DNA of 64,000 nt from Squalus acanthias (Eukaryota), in the NCBI GenBank assembly GCA_030390025.1, contig CM059425.1, forward strand, positions 163,558,001 through 163,622,000. Reading direction: 5' to 3'. The position numbers and the translations under genes are program-made. The notes under the pieces were generated by a model, which was not told the origin of the DNA, searched no databases, and saw nothing but the letters and a program-made list of their open reading frames with translations. Shown in pieces: positions 36,915 to 49,347 of this stretch (within the stretch, counting starts at the first letter, position 1; every line of letters begins with the position of its first letter).

Positions 36915-37745
36915 TTTAGGGCGGCTCCTATGTTCAACATGGCGACAAGCCTTCCTGTTTTTTGGGGATTAGCCGAGCCTCAAACTGGCCGCATACCCAG
37001 TGCCGTCACTGGGTCACGTGCAGCAAATGAAGAGACCGGTTTAAACTGATTAAAATGGTTAATATAGACTGTGGGCCGGTTCCGGGAACCCCCCCATATC
37101 TTCATATTGGTCTGTGAACTCTCGGTTCCGCTTTGCTGATACGCTGCCGAAGGAGCCTGAAACAGACACTAAGAGGGCGGGTAAACCTATGCCGTGTTAA
37201 TGGCTACAATGTGACACTGACGCGATACAATCCCATCGAAGCGCCGCGGCCCGAGAGAGGGGGGGAGAGGGGGTGGCGCCGCTCCCATTCCTCCTGCAGG
37301 GCCCCCACCGATTAACCCGGGGGGGGAAGGGGAGCACTGAAACCCCGCAGAATCTGGGCAACGTCTTTAAAAGCGGGTAGAGCCCGACACGGCCACCAGC
37401 TCCTCAGCATCTTCATGATTTCCCTTGTGAAGAACTCTGCCCTCCCCCACTGCACCAATAAGCAGCAGGAACTCGGAGCGCCAGCAAGGCCTTTCGGCCC
37501 ATTGAGGTCTGCATAGCTCAACTTAAACTAGATTTTCCCCATTTTTCCAGTGGGACGTTATACTACGTTAAATGTGCTTTTTAAATGCAACTGGTATTTT
37601 AAAAAAATATTGCATAAAGTTCTTAAGATATAAACCCACCCGCTAATAAACCTGCAGAGAGTCGTAGCGCCGGGTGGGGGGTGAGATTTCACTGCCCCGG
37701 GGGTGACAACCTACAGGTCCCCACCGGCTTTCCCCACTCCCTTCA
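36915..37745. promoter_or_regulatory. CpG-rich segment at the 5' end of GLRX intron 1
   Basis: Visibly CpG/GC-rich non-repeat sequence with YY1-like caacatggcg, E-box gtcacgtg, GC boxes and CCAAT. Confidence 0.5.
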
Positions 37746-37927
37746 AATGGAAATTCACTACTTACACTTTTAAGTGATTATATTGCATTCAAAATCTACT
37801 GAAGGCCTATACAGCATTTTACAGTTCCGTTTACATTTATTAAAAAAATTAGAAACGTAACTTCTAAGATTCACACCACCAGAGAGAAAACGTCCCTTAG
37901 ATCGGTTCCTAAGATAAATAAACTCAC

Positions 37928-38134
37928 CGTCCTGGCCCCGGTTCTTTTTTGTAAGTAATCTTGGATATCTTTCATTTCGGAATGGCCGGCAATGTCGTAG
38001 ATCTGTAGGCTGTCTTGTTTGTAATTGTATTTTTGCAGAACATTCTGCGCTAATACACAGTAAGGACATGCCGCTTTCGTGAAAAGAACCACTTTATCTG
38101 CTTGGACTTTGCTGTCTACATATTGCTGAGCCAT
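37928..38134 (-). CDS. GLRX: Glutaredoxin-1 exon 1: MAQQYVDSKVQADKVVLFTKAACPYC...LQKRTGART
   Basis: CPYC active site; GTGAGT donor at 37927; 207 coding nt; Grx1-type 'IQDYLQ..TGART'. Confidence 0.96.
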
Positions 38135-38156
38135 TCTCGGTCTCTTCGTACTTCAA

Positions 38157-38163
38157 TGACTCA
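38157..38163. promoter_or_regulatory. AP-1 consensus TGACTCA just upstream of the GLRX ATG
   Basis: Exact motif about 23 nt from the start codon. Confidence 0.35.
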
Positions 38164-38524
38164 ACACAAGCGTCTCTCCTTCTCGTGTCCTTAGAACTGG
38201 GAGGAGTTTTAAGTTAAACGTGTTTACTGAAATCGTCTGGCACAGCCGGGCTTTACACTGCAAGCGGGAAAGGGGAAGATTTGTTTTATTTAAAAGTTGG
38301 TTGCTTCCTTTATTTGTTTTCTCAATCCTGTTTACATTGTTCTTCTTGTAGAAGATTGTCGTACAATCAACATTCCTTATATTAAAAAATGGTGAAATTT
38401 TGCAGTGATAGCAGTATGGAAAAGGAAGTCAGGCGGGTGTAAGAACGGGCTGCCGATTTTTACAGCCTGTTTTGTGCTACCACCAAAGACCAATTTTACC
38501 CCAAAGTTTCCAACCTTGCTGGCT

Positions 38525-38940
38525 CTATTGCAAAAGCAAAATACTGCGGATGCTGGAAATCTGAAATAAAAACAGAAAATGCTGGAAATACTCAGCAGGT
38601 CGGACAGCATCTGTGGAGAGAGAAACAGAGTTAACGTTTCAGGGAGATGACCTTTCATCAGAAGGTCGTACTCTATTCCAATTTTTTTTCTGTGTTTGCC
38701 AAATTACTATGATCAGTGTTCCTCTATGATCAGTGATCCTCTTTCATCTCTTGATCCTCCTTAGGCTAAATATGCTACCCTACATGCTGATCTCCACTTG
38801 ACATTCACACTATATCGAAATTGTGGTGGGAATTTTCACCACTGTTTTTCCACGGGCTGCCTGACTCACTGAGTATTTCCAGCTTTTTCTGTTTTTGTTT
38901 TCAGATTTCCAGCATATGCAGTACTTTGCTTTTTGTTTCT
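38525..38940. repeat. Two family A pLTR fragments in opposite orientation (38525-38665 minus with degenerate hammerhead; 38855-38940 plus)
   Basis: Same repeat sequence as the other family A copies. Confidence 0.7.
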
Positions 38941-40119
38941 CCATTACCATCACTGTTCTATTCAGTCCTTCAGATACATGTAGTCAACTCCTCCATACCA
39001 GGCATTATACATTCCACAGGTCTTTGCACACGCTCAAACAAACTCCACAAATTGATGGCGCACAGAAACCAGCCATCATTTGTGGGCAGTTCCTGGCTGG
39101 CACCAATACCAGAACTCAGCATCTGTTAAGAGCCTGTAGCTGGTGCTCCGGCCAATTCCTGTTCCTTTGCTGCCACCTGCACTCATTCTGTGTGTTTTAC
39201 CCACATCTCCCTGCTCTAAATCTCACTCTGTCTTCCTCCGAAGTGGATATTCCTGGGCTGATGCTTGTTGCAGGTTGATTGATTGGCGCTGTGTCTTGCA
39301 GTGGAGAGGACCATGAGCTGCTCCTCCACAAGCCGCCCTACAGAACAGTGGGGAAAAAGCAATATTGCAATATGTAAGACAGTCTCTGTAACACATTTTG
39401 GCAGCCAGCACATGCCCCGTTATGATGTGGTGTGGTGCCGCCTGGTAAGTTGTCTAGTGATAGAATGTCTAAGAAACAAATTCATTGAGGGAAACAAAAG
39501 GTACAAGAATGGGTACTAGCCCACAGATGCAGGTTGGCCATCTGCGTGCCTGTCTCTAATGGACTCTATGGCTTGTTGGCCCGCTATATCAAGAGTGCGC
39601 TCCTCCAGGCAGCTGAGGGGCCTGAGTTTGGGTGTGCTCACACCAGTTGGCAGCTTGTTCCTTCTGTTGTGGGTCATTTTGTCCTGCAATCATGAAGAGA
39701 TTGATGAATGAATGAGTGTCTTATTCCATAGCTATGCAAGTAACCACTGTTTCCCAAAAGAGTGCAGGAACATGCAGCATGCAAGTGGCTGTTGGGTGAG
39801 TCTTTAAAGGCCCTAAATACCATTAGTGAGAAGTTTCTTGCTAGTGTGAAAGGTGCACTGTGCATAAATATAGACTGCCTTGTGCTAGCATTAGAGAATA
39901 AAAGGGATCAACAACAAAAACTTGCATTTATGTAGTGCCTTTAACACACGAACAATGACAACAGGTAAAGACCCTTTGGTTCGTTGTAATAAAACGTCCC
40001 AAGACGCCTCACGGGAGCGTTCGCAAACAAAATTTGACACCGAGCCACGTAAGAAATATTAGGACAGGTTTGTGAAAGTGGTTTTAGGGAGCATCTTAAA
40101 GGAGGAGAGAGAGGATTAT

Positions 40120-43090
40120 AAAGCACAGAAGGAGGCCATTCGGCCCATCGTGCCTGTGCTGGCTCTTTGGTAGAGCTATCAAATTAATCTCAGTTCCCTG
40201 CTCTTTCCCCATAGCCCTATAAACTTATTCCCTTCAAGTATTTATCCAATTCTCTTTTGATTATTAATTTTGAATCTGCTTCCACCACCCTTTCAGGCAG
40301 TGCATTCCAGATCATAACAACTCGCTGCGTAAAAAGATATTTCCTCATGTCACCTCTGGTTCTTTTGACAATCACCTTAAATCTGTGTCCTCCAGTTACC
40401 GACCCTTCTGCCACTGGAAACAGTTTCTCTTTATTTACTCTATTAAAACCATTCATGATATTGAACACCTCTATCAAATCTCCTCTTAACCTTCTCTGCT
40501 CTACGGAGAACAACCCCAGCTTCCCCAGTCTCTCCACATAACTGAAGTCTCTCAACCATGGTATCATTCTAATAAATCTCTTCTGCACCCTCCCCAAAGT
40601 GTGCTGCCCAGAATTGAACACAATTCTCCAGCTGAGGCCTAACCAGTGTTTATTATAAAGTTTAGCATAATGTATTGTCTCTCCTCATTCTTCCTACCAA
40701 AATGTATCACTTCACACTTCACTGCATTAAATTTCATCTGCGCATTTCACCAGTCTGTCACTATCCACCTCATTGCTTACAACATTTACGAGTTTCATAC
40801 TATCTGCAAAATTTGCTTTCAGTCCCTTAGCCAAAGCTGTATCCATGCTGCCACTGTCCCTTTAATCCCATGGGCTTTAATTTTGCTATCATGCTGAAGA
40901 CTTGTGCTCCAGAACTAGCCGTGCCTCTAGCCAAGCTGTTCCAGTACAGCTACAACACTGGCATCTATCCAACAATGTGGAAAACTGCCCAGGTATGTCC
41001 TGTCCACAAAAAGCAGGACAAATCCAACCCGGCCAATTACCGCCCCATCAGTCTACTCTCAATCATCAGCAAAGTGATGGAAGGTGTCATCGACAGTGCT
41101 ATCAAGCGGCACTTACTCACCAATAACTGATGCCCAGTTTGGGTTCCATCAAGACCACTTGACAAAGGAGCTAAATTCCAGAGGTGAGGTGAGAGTGACT
41201 GCCCTTGACATCAAGGCAGCATTTGACCGAGTGTGGCATCAAGGAGCTCTAGTAAAACTGAAGTCAATGGGAATCGGGGGAAAACTCTCCACTGGCTGGC
41301 GTCATACCTAGCACAAAGGAAGATGGTTGTGGTGATTGAAGGTCAATCATCACAGCCCCAGGATATTGCTGCAGGAGTTCCTCAGGGCAGTGACCTAGGC
41401 CCAACCATCTTCAGCTGCTTCATCAATGACCTTCCCTCCAACATACGGTCAGAAATGGGGATGTTTGCTGATGACTACACAGTGTTCAGTGCCATTCACA
41501 ACTCCTCAGATAATGAAGCAGTCCATGCCCGCATGCAACAAGACCTGGATGACGTTCAGGCTTGGGCTGATAATTGGCAGGTAACATTCACGCCACACAA
41601 GTGCCAGGCAATGACTATCTCCAACAAGCGAGAGTCTAACCACCGCCCCTTGACATTCAACGGCATTACCATCGCCGAATCCCCCACCATCAACATCCTG
41701 GGGGTCACCATTGACCAGAAACTTAACTGGACCAGCCACATAAATACTGTGGCAACAAGAGCAGGTCAGAGGCAAGGTATTCTGTGGCGAGTGTCACCTC
41801 CTAACTCCCCAAAGCCTTTCTACCATCTGCAAGGCACAAGTAAGGAGTGTGATGGAATACTCTCCACTTGCCTGGATGAGTGCAGCCCCAACAACACTCA
41901 AGAAGCTCGACACCATCCAGGACAAAGCAGCCCGCTTGATTGTCACCCCATCTACCACCTTAAACATTCACTCCCTCCACCACCGGCGTACCGTGGCTGC
42001 AGTGTGTACCATCTACAAGATGCACTGCAGCAACTCACCAAGGCTTCTTCGGCAGCACCTCCCAAACCCGCGACCTCTTCCACCTAGAAGGACAAGGGCA
42101 GCAGGCGCATGGGAACACCACCACCTCCAAGTTCCCCTCCAAATCACACACCATCCCGACTTAGAAGTATATCGCTGATCCTTCGTCGTCGCTGGGTCAA
42201 AATCCTGGAACTCCCTACCTAACAGCACTGTGGGAGTACCTTCACCACACGGACTGCAGCAGTTGAAGAAGGCGGCTCACCACCACCTTCTCAAGGGCAA
42301 TTAGGGATGGGCAATAAATGCTGGCCTTCCCAGCGATGCCCACATCTCAAACGGAAAAAAAAACTCAATCAAGTTAGTCAAATATGATTTACCTTTAACA
42401 AATCCGTGCTGACATTCATTTATTAGCCCATACATTTCTAAATGCCAATTAATTTTGTCCCTGATTATTGCCTCTAAAAATTTCCCCACCACTGACATTA
42501 GGCTGACTGGCCTGTAGTTGCTGGGTTTATCCCTCTCCCCTTTTTAAACAGAGGTGTAACATTTGCAATCCTCCAGTCCTCTGGCACCACCCCCCTATCC
42601 AAGGAGGATTGGAAAATTGTGTTCAAAACCTCCATGATTTCCTGACCTTCTTCCCCCTCGTGCTCCTGACTTTCTCTCCCCCCCCCCCCCCAACCCCCTC
42701 AGTAACCTAAGATGCATCCCATCCCGACCAGGTGAGTTTTCCTACTTTGAGAACTGCCAACCTTTTAAATACCTCTTTATTTTTATCCTATCCAGTATCG
42801 CTACTGCCTCCTCCTTTATTGCTACATTTGCAGCATCCTCTTCTCTCGTAAAGAGAGATGCAAAGTGTGAATTAGTACCTCAGCAATGCCCTCTGCCTCC
42901 ACAAGATCATCTCCTTTTTGGTCACTAATCAGCCCCACCCTTCTTTTGACTACCCTTTTACCATTTATGTTAACCACTGATCTATTCTCATACTCTCTCT
43001 TTCCATTTTTAAGATCTATTCTGTACTTTCTATATTCAGCTTGGTTCTCTACTGCATTTTGAAGCTTACAATTATCATAAGCCTCCCTAA
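40120..43090 (-). mobile_element. CR1 LINE inserted in the L2 and split by the + strand LINE
   Basis: C-terminus in ORF 40217..40621; '[18 protein letters not shown]' at 42364-42498. Confidence 0.8.
40884..42363 (+). mobile_element. 5'-truncated copy of the 33562-36829 LINE family
   Basis: Near-identical RT/C-terminal sequence ('GVPQGSDLGPTIF...FADD') and same 3' tail with poly(A). Confidence 0.9.
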
Positions 43091-43542
43091 ATTCAAAAGA
43101 TTAGGGGCAAAATAGCTGATGCACGGCCGCCAATGGTGGAGCGAGAGGTCAGAATTGGAGGAGTGCAGAGATCTCGGAGGGTTGCAGGGCTGGAGGAGAT
43201 TACAGGGATAGGGAAGGGCGAGGCCATGGAGGGATTTAAAAACAAGGGCGAGAATTTTTAAATTGTGGCGTTGCCGGACCGACAGCCAATGTAGGTCACT
43301 GGGTGAACGGGACTTGGTGCGAATTAGGATACGGGCAGCAGAGTTTTGGAGGAGTTCAAGTTTATGGAGGTATCAGCAGATGAGCTGAGGTAGGGTCAGA
43401 GATGGGCGATATTACAGAGGTGGAAGTCGGCACTTTTGGTGATGGAGAGGATATGTGGTCAGAAGCTCATTTCAGGGTCAAATAGGACGCAAAGGTTGCG
43501 AAAGGTCTGATTCAGCCTCAGGCAGTGGCCAGGGAGAGGGTA

Positions 43543-43725
43543 ACCTCCAAGTTCCCTCCAAGTCACACACCATCCTGACTTAGAAGTATATCGCCGATCC
43601 TTCATCGTCGCTGGGCCAAAATCCTGGAACTCCCTACCTAACAGCGCTGTGGGAGTACCTTCAATTAGGGATAGGTAATAAATGCTGGCTTTGCCAGCGA
43701 CGCCCACATCCCATGAACAAATTTT
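43543..43725 (+). mobile_element. Short 3' fragment of the same LINE family inside the L2
   Basis: 'caagtcacacaccatcctgacttagaag...gccagcgacgcccacatcccatgaac'. Confidence 0.8.
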
Positions 43726-45279
43726 TTTTTAAATGGTGTCGATGGCTAGTGAACGGAGTTCGAGGCGGGACCCAAGACAATTACTTAAATCTTCCCAATA
43801 TTTAGCTGGAAGAAATTTCTACTCATCCATGAATGTATGTCGGACAAGCAGTCTGACAAATTAGACAGTGGAGAGTTCGATAGAGGCAGTGGTGAGGTAG
43901 AGCTAGGTGTTGTCATAGTATATGTGGAAGCTGACGTGTTTTTGGATGATGTTGCCGAGGGGCAGCATGTAGATGAGAAATTGGAAGGGGCCAAGGATAG
44001 ATCCTTGGGGGACTCAAGGAACGGTGCGGGAGCGGGAAGAGAAGTCATTGCAGATGATTCTCTGGCTATGACTGGACAGATAAGAATGGAGCCAGGCAAG
44101 GGCAGTCCCACCAAGCTGAATGACAGAGGAGAGGCGTTGGAGGAGGATGGTGTGGTCCACCATGTCAAAGACTGCAGACAGGTCGGGAAGGAGAAGGAGG
44201 GATAGTTTACCACAGTCACATAGGATATCATCTGTGACTTTGATAAGGGCCATTTCGGTACTGTGGCAGGGGTGGAATCTTGATTGGAGGGGTTCAAACA
44301 TGGAGTTACAGGAAAGGTGGGCATGGATTTGGGAGGCGGCAACACGTTCAAGGACTTGAGTGGAAAGGGAGTTTAGAGATGGGGCGGTCGTTTGCAAGGA
44401 TGGAGGGGTCAAGGGTGCGTTTTTGAGCGGTGAGGGGGTTTGACAGCAAATTTGAAGGGGAGGGTGACGGTACCCGAGGAGAGGGAACTGTTAACAATAT
44501 CAGCTAACATGGGGACCAGGAAGGGAAGTTGGGTGGTCAGTAGTTTAGTGGGAATATGATCGAGGGAGCAGGTGGTGGGTCTCATTGCCATGATGAGCTT
44601 GGAGAGCAAATGAGGGGAGTTAGAAGAGAAACTGGAGAAAGATGCGAGTTCATGGCTAGGGCGGGGGGAACCTTGGAGGAAGTTTGACCCGGTGGGCTAG
44701 GGGTAGGGAGGGAAGCGGCAGAGGCAGCTGAACAGATGGTCTCAATCTTAGAGACAAAAAAGTCCATGAGCTCCTCGAACATCTTGTTGGAGGTGAGGGT
44801 GGAGGAGGCCAGGGACAGGGAATTTAGAAGACAGTTTGTAGTGGAGAAGAGAAGCCGGGGGTTATCTTCACATTCCAGGATGATCCTGGAATAGTGAGCA
44901 GTTTTGGCAGAAGAAAGCAGGACCCAATAGTGCTTTATGTGGTCCAGCCAGATCTAGCGATGACTGGCTAAGCCAGTTGTCCGCCATAAACGTTCAAGTC
45001 TGTGACCCTCGGACTTAAGGGAATGGAGATGAGGGCCATACCGGGGGAACTACTAGGGAGAGAGAGTAATGTTTTTAATGGGGACAAGGGCATAAAAGAT
45101 GGAGGGTAGGGTGTTATTGAGCAGATCGATAGCTGCAGAAATGTCATGGTGAATGGAGGGCCAAAGGCTAGACAGTTGGGAATTTGAAAGTGCCATTGTA
45201 AGTGACTTGGGGCAGTGTTTTTTTCCAACGGGGCGCACAGAGGAAGTGGGGTTGGGAGGGGAAAGGGGGATGTGAGTGG

Positions 45280-46304
45280 TGTAACCGGTTTCTGCGGTGG
45301 CCAATGTCCTATAGGCCCTGCCGCAATCGGCAATTATTGTAAGTGGTTTTGCCTCGCCCGTAGCAAGCACGCAAACCCCCTTACTACAAGTTCTGGACGA
45401 TAGGGATTACTGAGGACAGATTGGAACACGGACAGCGTTTTCGGGCTCACCCGTACAGTGTTTATTAAGGTTGACAAAACCACTCCACTTGCATACAGTA
45501 CGAGCGGTGTGAACACGACAGTACAGTTTAAAACAGTACAACCCTGACTTGTCCAACAAGCCCCTGCCGTGCTGACTTACCACGGCCTAAAAACACCCTC
45601 CCGTGAACTAAACTATCACAGGACCCTTCCAACGCTAAATCCCCTCTGGTTTGGTAGGATCATACAGGCAGCCCCTCACACAGCTACGTGATCTTGTGAG
45701 TGTGCAGGCTTGGCAATGCTCACCTAGATTGCCCTTGATCTTGCTTGTAGCTTCCTCCTGTACATCTCGGCTACCTGGTTCTGTACCGGCCTTGCGGCAT
45801 GCAAGTCCCAGTCTGAGTCGAAGTCCGTCTCGGTTGGAAGAGCAAGGCTCAGCTCCTCTTGACGTTCTGTTGTGGGGAGGGCAGGAGAGAGAGAGAGAGA
45901 GAGAGAGAGAGCTATCCAAAACAGCTCTCTGATATACCCCTCCAATACATAGACCGCTGTCTGTGGTTTTAATGGACACATGGCCTCAGGGAAATGGTTT
46001 CCAGGCCTCCTCCCAGGTTTGGATGGTTTAGATCTCGTTTCGATCTCCCTGCCGATTTAACTTAACGAGCTCATCTTCTTCAGAAACAATGAGTCGCCAG
46101 CCTCGTTATTCATGACTTGGGAGTGGGCCTCTCGGGCCATTGTTCCCAAGGACAGTCCATTACCATACAAATGCAACCTGGCTACGTCAGCCACCTTCAG
46201 CTTGAGTGTTTTTCCACAGCTTCCCCCACAAACAGCCTGCTCAGTTTTTAATAAGGGTATATATTCATAATCTAAAATCCATGGAGTCTGCGCCGACTGC
46301 TACA
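45280..46304 (-). repeat. 3' LTR
   Basis: Direct repeat of 54335-55333; preceded on the minus strand by purine tract gaagggggg (candidate PPT, ~46307-46315). Confidence 0.93.
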
Positions 46305-46486
46305 GGCCCCCCTTCGATATTTCAACTTTTCCCAAACAGAAATATCATCAAAAGTTCTGTCGTCTTCCGCTGTGGGAGGCGCACTGTATATCCCAACCAA
46401 ACCGTACATCAAATTTTACCCCAGGGTCCTGTATCTCACACTTTATACAACAAATCACATCACAGTTAAAGGTATATATACAAACA

Positions 46487-46858
46487 AAAATGAGAAGTCG
46501 CACAACACCAGGTTATAGTCCAACAGATTTATTTAATTTTACAAGCTTTCGGAGCTATCGCTCCTTCGTCAGGTAAGTTAGCAATGAGAGAATCTCCCAG
46601 AATTCACAATTTAAACCCAGACAAAATCTATTCACATTATTAATAATTATTAATAATTATAATAATGTGAATAGATTTTGTCTGGGTTTAAATTGTGAAT
46701 TCTGGGAGATTCTCTCATTGCTAACTTACCTGACGAAGGAGCGATAGCTCCGAAAGCTTGTAAAATTAAATAAATCTGTTGGACTATAACCTGGTGTTGT
46801 GCGACTTCTCATTTTTGTCCACCCCAGTCCAACGCCGGCATCTCCACATCATGACCTC
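46487..46858. mobile_element. Non-coding fold-back mini-Penelope (family B) inserted between env and the 3' LTR
   Basis: ~335-bp near-perfect palindrome 46484-46818 plus ~40-nt tail shared with 31569-31611; 12-bp TSD tatatacaaaca at 46475-46486 and 46859-46870. Confidence 0.9.
46726..46763 (+). ncRNA. Minimal type I hammerhead ribozyme motif with intact core (mirror copy on - strand near 46539-46576)
   Basis: UUAC-CUGACGA-A-GGAGC(GAUA)GCUCC-GAAAG-CUU-GUAA. Confidence 0.8.
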
Positions 46859-46886
46859 TATATACAAACAGACAGTCAACTCCGGG

Positions 46887-49211
46887 CTATTCTTTAATCA
46901 AAGCTTGCCACCGGTTTTGGAGTGTTTTACTTCGCTTTCTGCATGACAATCGGAGAAGGTGAAACACTAACACACATTGAACTACTACAGTCACATGAGA
47001 AATCACACGAATCCATGGGGGAATCTCGATATTCAGACCGATGTCCCACCATGGCGAAGAAACCAGTTCTTTTATCTCATCCCCCGTTTCCCTGTTCCGT
47101 TGCTCGAGGGTATAAAAATGCTTTTGGGAGAGTTCATCTTCCTTTATTAATTTTGTGAGGTGTTCGGGCAGAGGAGGAATTTCATACCCGAACCATGTTA
47201 GGTATTGTTGCAGGTCTTGTATTGTATCATTCACCGTGAGGTGTACCGTGGTGGGCTCTGGAATGGGAATGATGTGCTCTTGAGCCACCTGAACTTCTGT
47301 GTGGGGTTTGAAGCAGAAAGTCTGATCAGTGACTGGGCACCAAGTGTCCTGTGTACCCGGTACTGGTCCACGCTTGTCGTGACGCAGTACGTCCCTCTGC
47401 CCGCATATGCTACCTGGGGTGGAACGTGGCTTTGGGCCATCACCTCCATGGTGCAATTAATGGGCTCCGCATCCTCTGATTCAAACCCGCACGCCGGCCG
47501 ATTAAACGCATTCAAATGCTGGGGGCACAACACCACGTGCGCGCCCCTGCTCTGGCATGCATTGAGGTCAGTGCCGGTCATGGCGTGCTCCCACTTTACA
47601 ACAAACGGTGGGGCCCCATGATGTCGCACATGCACCCCGTCCCTTAGGATGCCAATATTCTCTACTTGGTATACCGGCGCTGGCCGCGGTGACCCGCCCA
47701 TTACCGGCATCCGGAGTACAATCCCCATTACAGTGTGGTTGAACTGGCCACAGTCAACTGGGACCGGGTATGCCTCTAAGGCCAATCGGAGTTGGCACGG
47801 GCTCATTAAATTTTCGTACGGGCTGAGCGCAGTGAGGTGCCGGTTGTTGACCCACGAAGGGACGCGACCTTGCTGTAGGTCCTCCAAATTACTGCGCTCT
47901 TCGTTCAGCAGCCACGCACCGTACAACACACACGCATCGTTTTTCGCTGCCTGCGCCGAGGCATTCTGATCCTCCCTCATCAAACTATTGATCGTCTGAG
48001 CGTGTGCCTCCAGCTCGGCTATGACTTCCTTTAAATGTATAGTCATAGCCTGATCTTCCCGTAACTCCGACCCCTCTAGCTCGTTACCCTCCCCCAGTAT
48101 CTTTCGCAGCTGGTCCCTTAAGGTGTTGACCTGCATCTGCAACTGTGCATCGTCCATACTGTTGATAATGGACGTGCCCGTGCTGAAGGCTGTAGCCGCA
48201 TCATTAAATATCCCCCGTCTATATCTCCCCGAACCAACGCGATGGTTTACAGTTAAATCGTACAGACTTTCCCGATTCACGTCCCCGTAACTTAACTCAT
48301 AAAATTGTCAGAACATTTCCTTCAACAGGGCCTCATATAATTTTTCCATTTCTACCGGACACCACCAGAGCAGCTGTACCCGGGTTAAATTTAGACTGAC
48401 CGACGCGACTTCGTAGTGAACGTCTTAGTACAAGATCTTGCCGGTCGGGAGTAACACTAACCCATTCCTCGGTCCCGGTGTGGTGGCGGGGCAACCAATC
48501 TGCATTTCCTGTACCGGTGGGGCTGTGGGCAGGGGCTTCCTCTTGTGTGCTACCAGTTCCGTGGAATTTACTGTGTTGGGAGGGTCTGGGATCACGCAGG
48601 AGTCCCCACTCTGATCCCATCCGATCCCGGCCCCGGAATCCTGCCATCGCCGCAAGAAGGCGATCGACACACCTGCCGGGCAGACCCGTTCCGACCCCCA
48701 CACACACACGTAAATTCCCTGTTCCTCTTTCCACCATTTGTTCCAGCACAATTCTACTCCCCCCCTCACCCCCATAATCTGTCGGTACGGATCGTCCCCC
48801 AGTTTCTCCCAGTCCGTGGATCGGTTACCCTTGGCCTGGCCCAACTTCCTTAACCACCACCACCGTCCCAAGGGAATGTGTCCCTCACATCTTAGATAGA
48901 CGCCTTTCCCCTCGGTTATCCTAACTCGTGTTGCTGTGACCTGCAGTTTGGGACACAGTATGGAAGCTTCTCCATACGTGAAACCCTCGCTGCCGGAGTA
49001 CCGAGTCGAGTTCGATCCCAGCCACCCTGGCCACCTTCCCTCGTGGAAGTAAGTGGCCATTCTGTCCGTGTCCCCTGTCCTACCCCCGTGTCACGGTAGG
49101 CCCGTTCCCTCCTGTGCAGCCGTAGAGGAAGAACACCTCAGTGTCTCCTCTTTCCATGCTGCCAGTCCCGATCATCATTAGGAATAGAAGTACGATAAAT
49201 TTGTTGGCCAT
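46887..49211 (-). pseudogene. env: env: signal peptide, Ig-like domain(s), furin site RYRR, fusion peptide/heptad, Cys-rich region, TM
   Basis: ATG at 49211 'MANKFIVLLFLMMIGTG'; ORFs 48425..49060 and 47231..48280 share one frame through two stops; frameshift into ORF 46887..47456 with hydrophobic 'WIRVISHVTVVVQCVLVFHLL'. Confidence 0.8.
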
Positions 49212-49347
49212 ATCCCCTTGTTCCTCCGATCTCCTTTGGTTCCCTGCCAAAACAAAAGCAAAACAGTTCCGTTCTGTGAGGGTTTTCCTCCACGGATCTG
49301 GTTTTGGATATTTACAGTGTTCCCTGCCGCATTAACGAGCGCCCCAT

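Noticed and set aside
45334..45981. ORFs duplicated at 54376-55023
   Set aside because: They repeat only because they lie in the two LTRs; no protein motif, and the frame changes with (GA)n length
46635..46668. (taataattat)-like repeat as a CRISPR or satellite
   Set aside because: It is only the AT-rich centre of the fold-back element; there are no spacers and the context is eukaryotic
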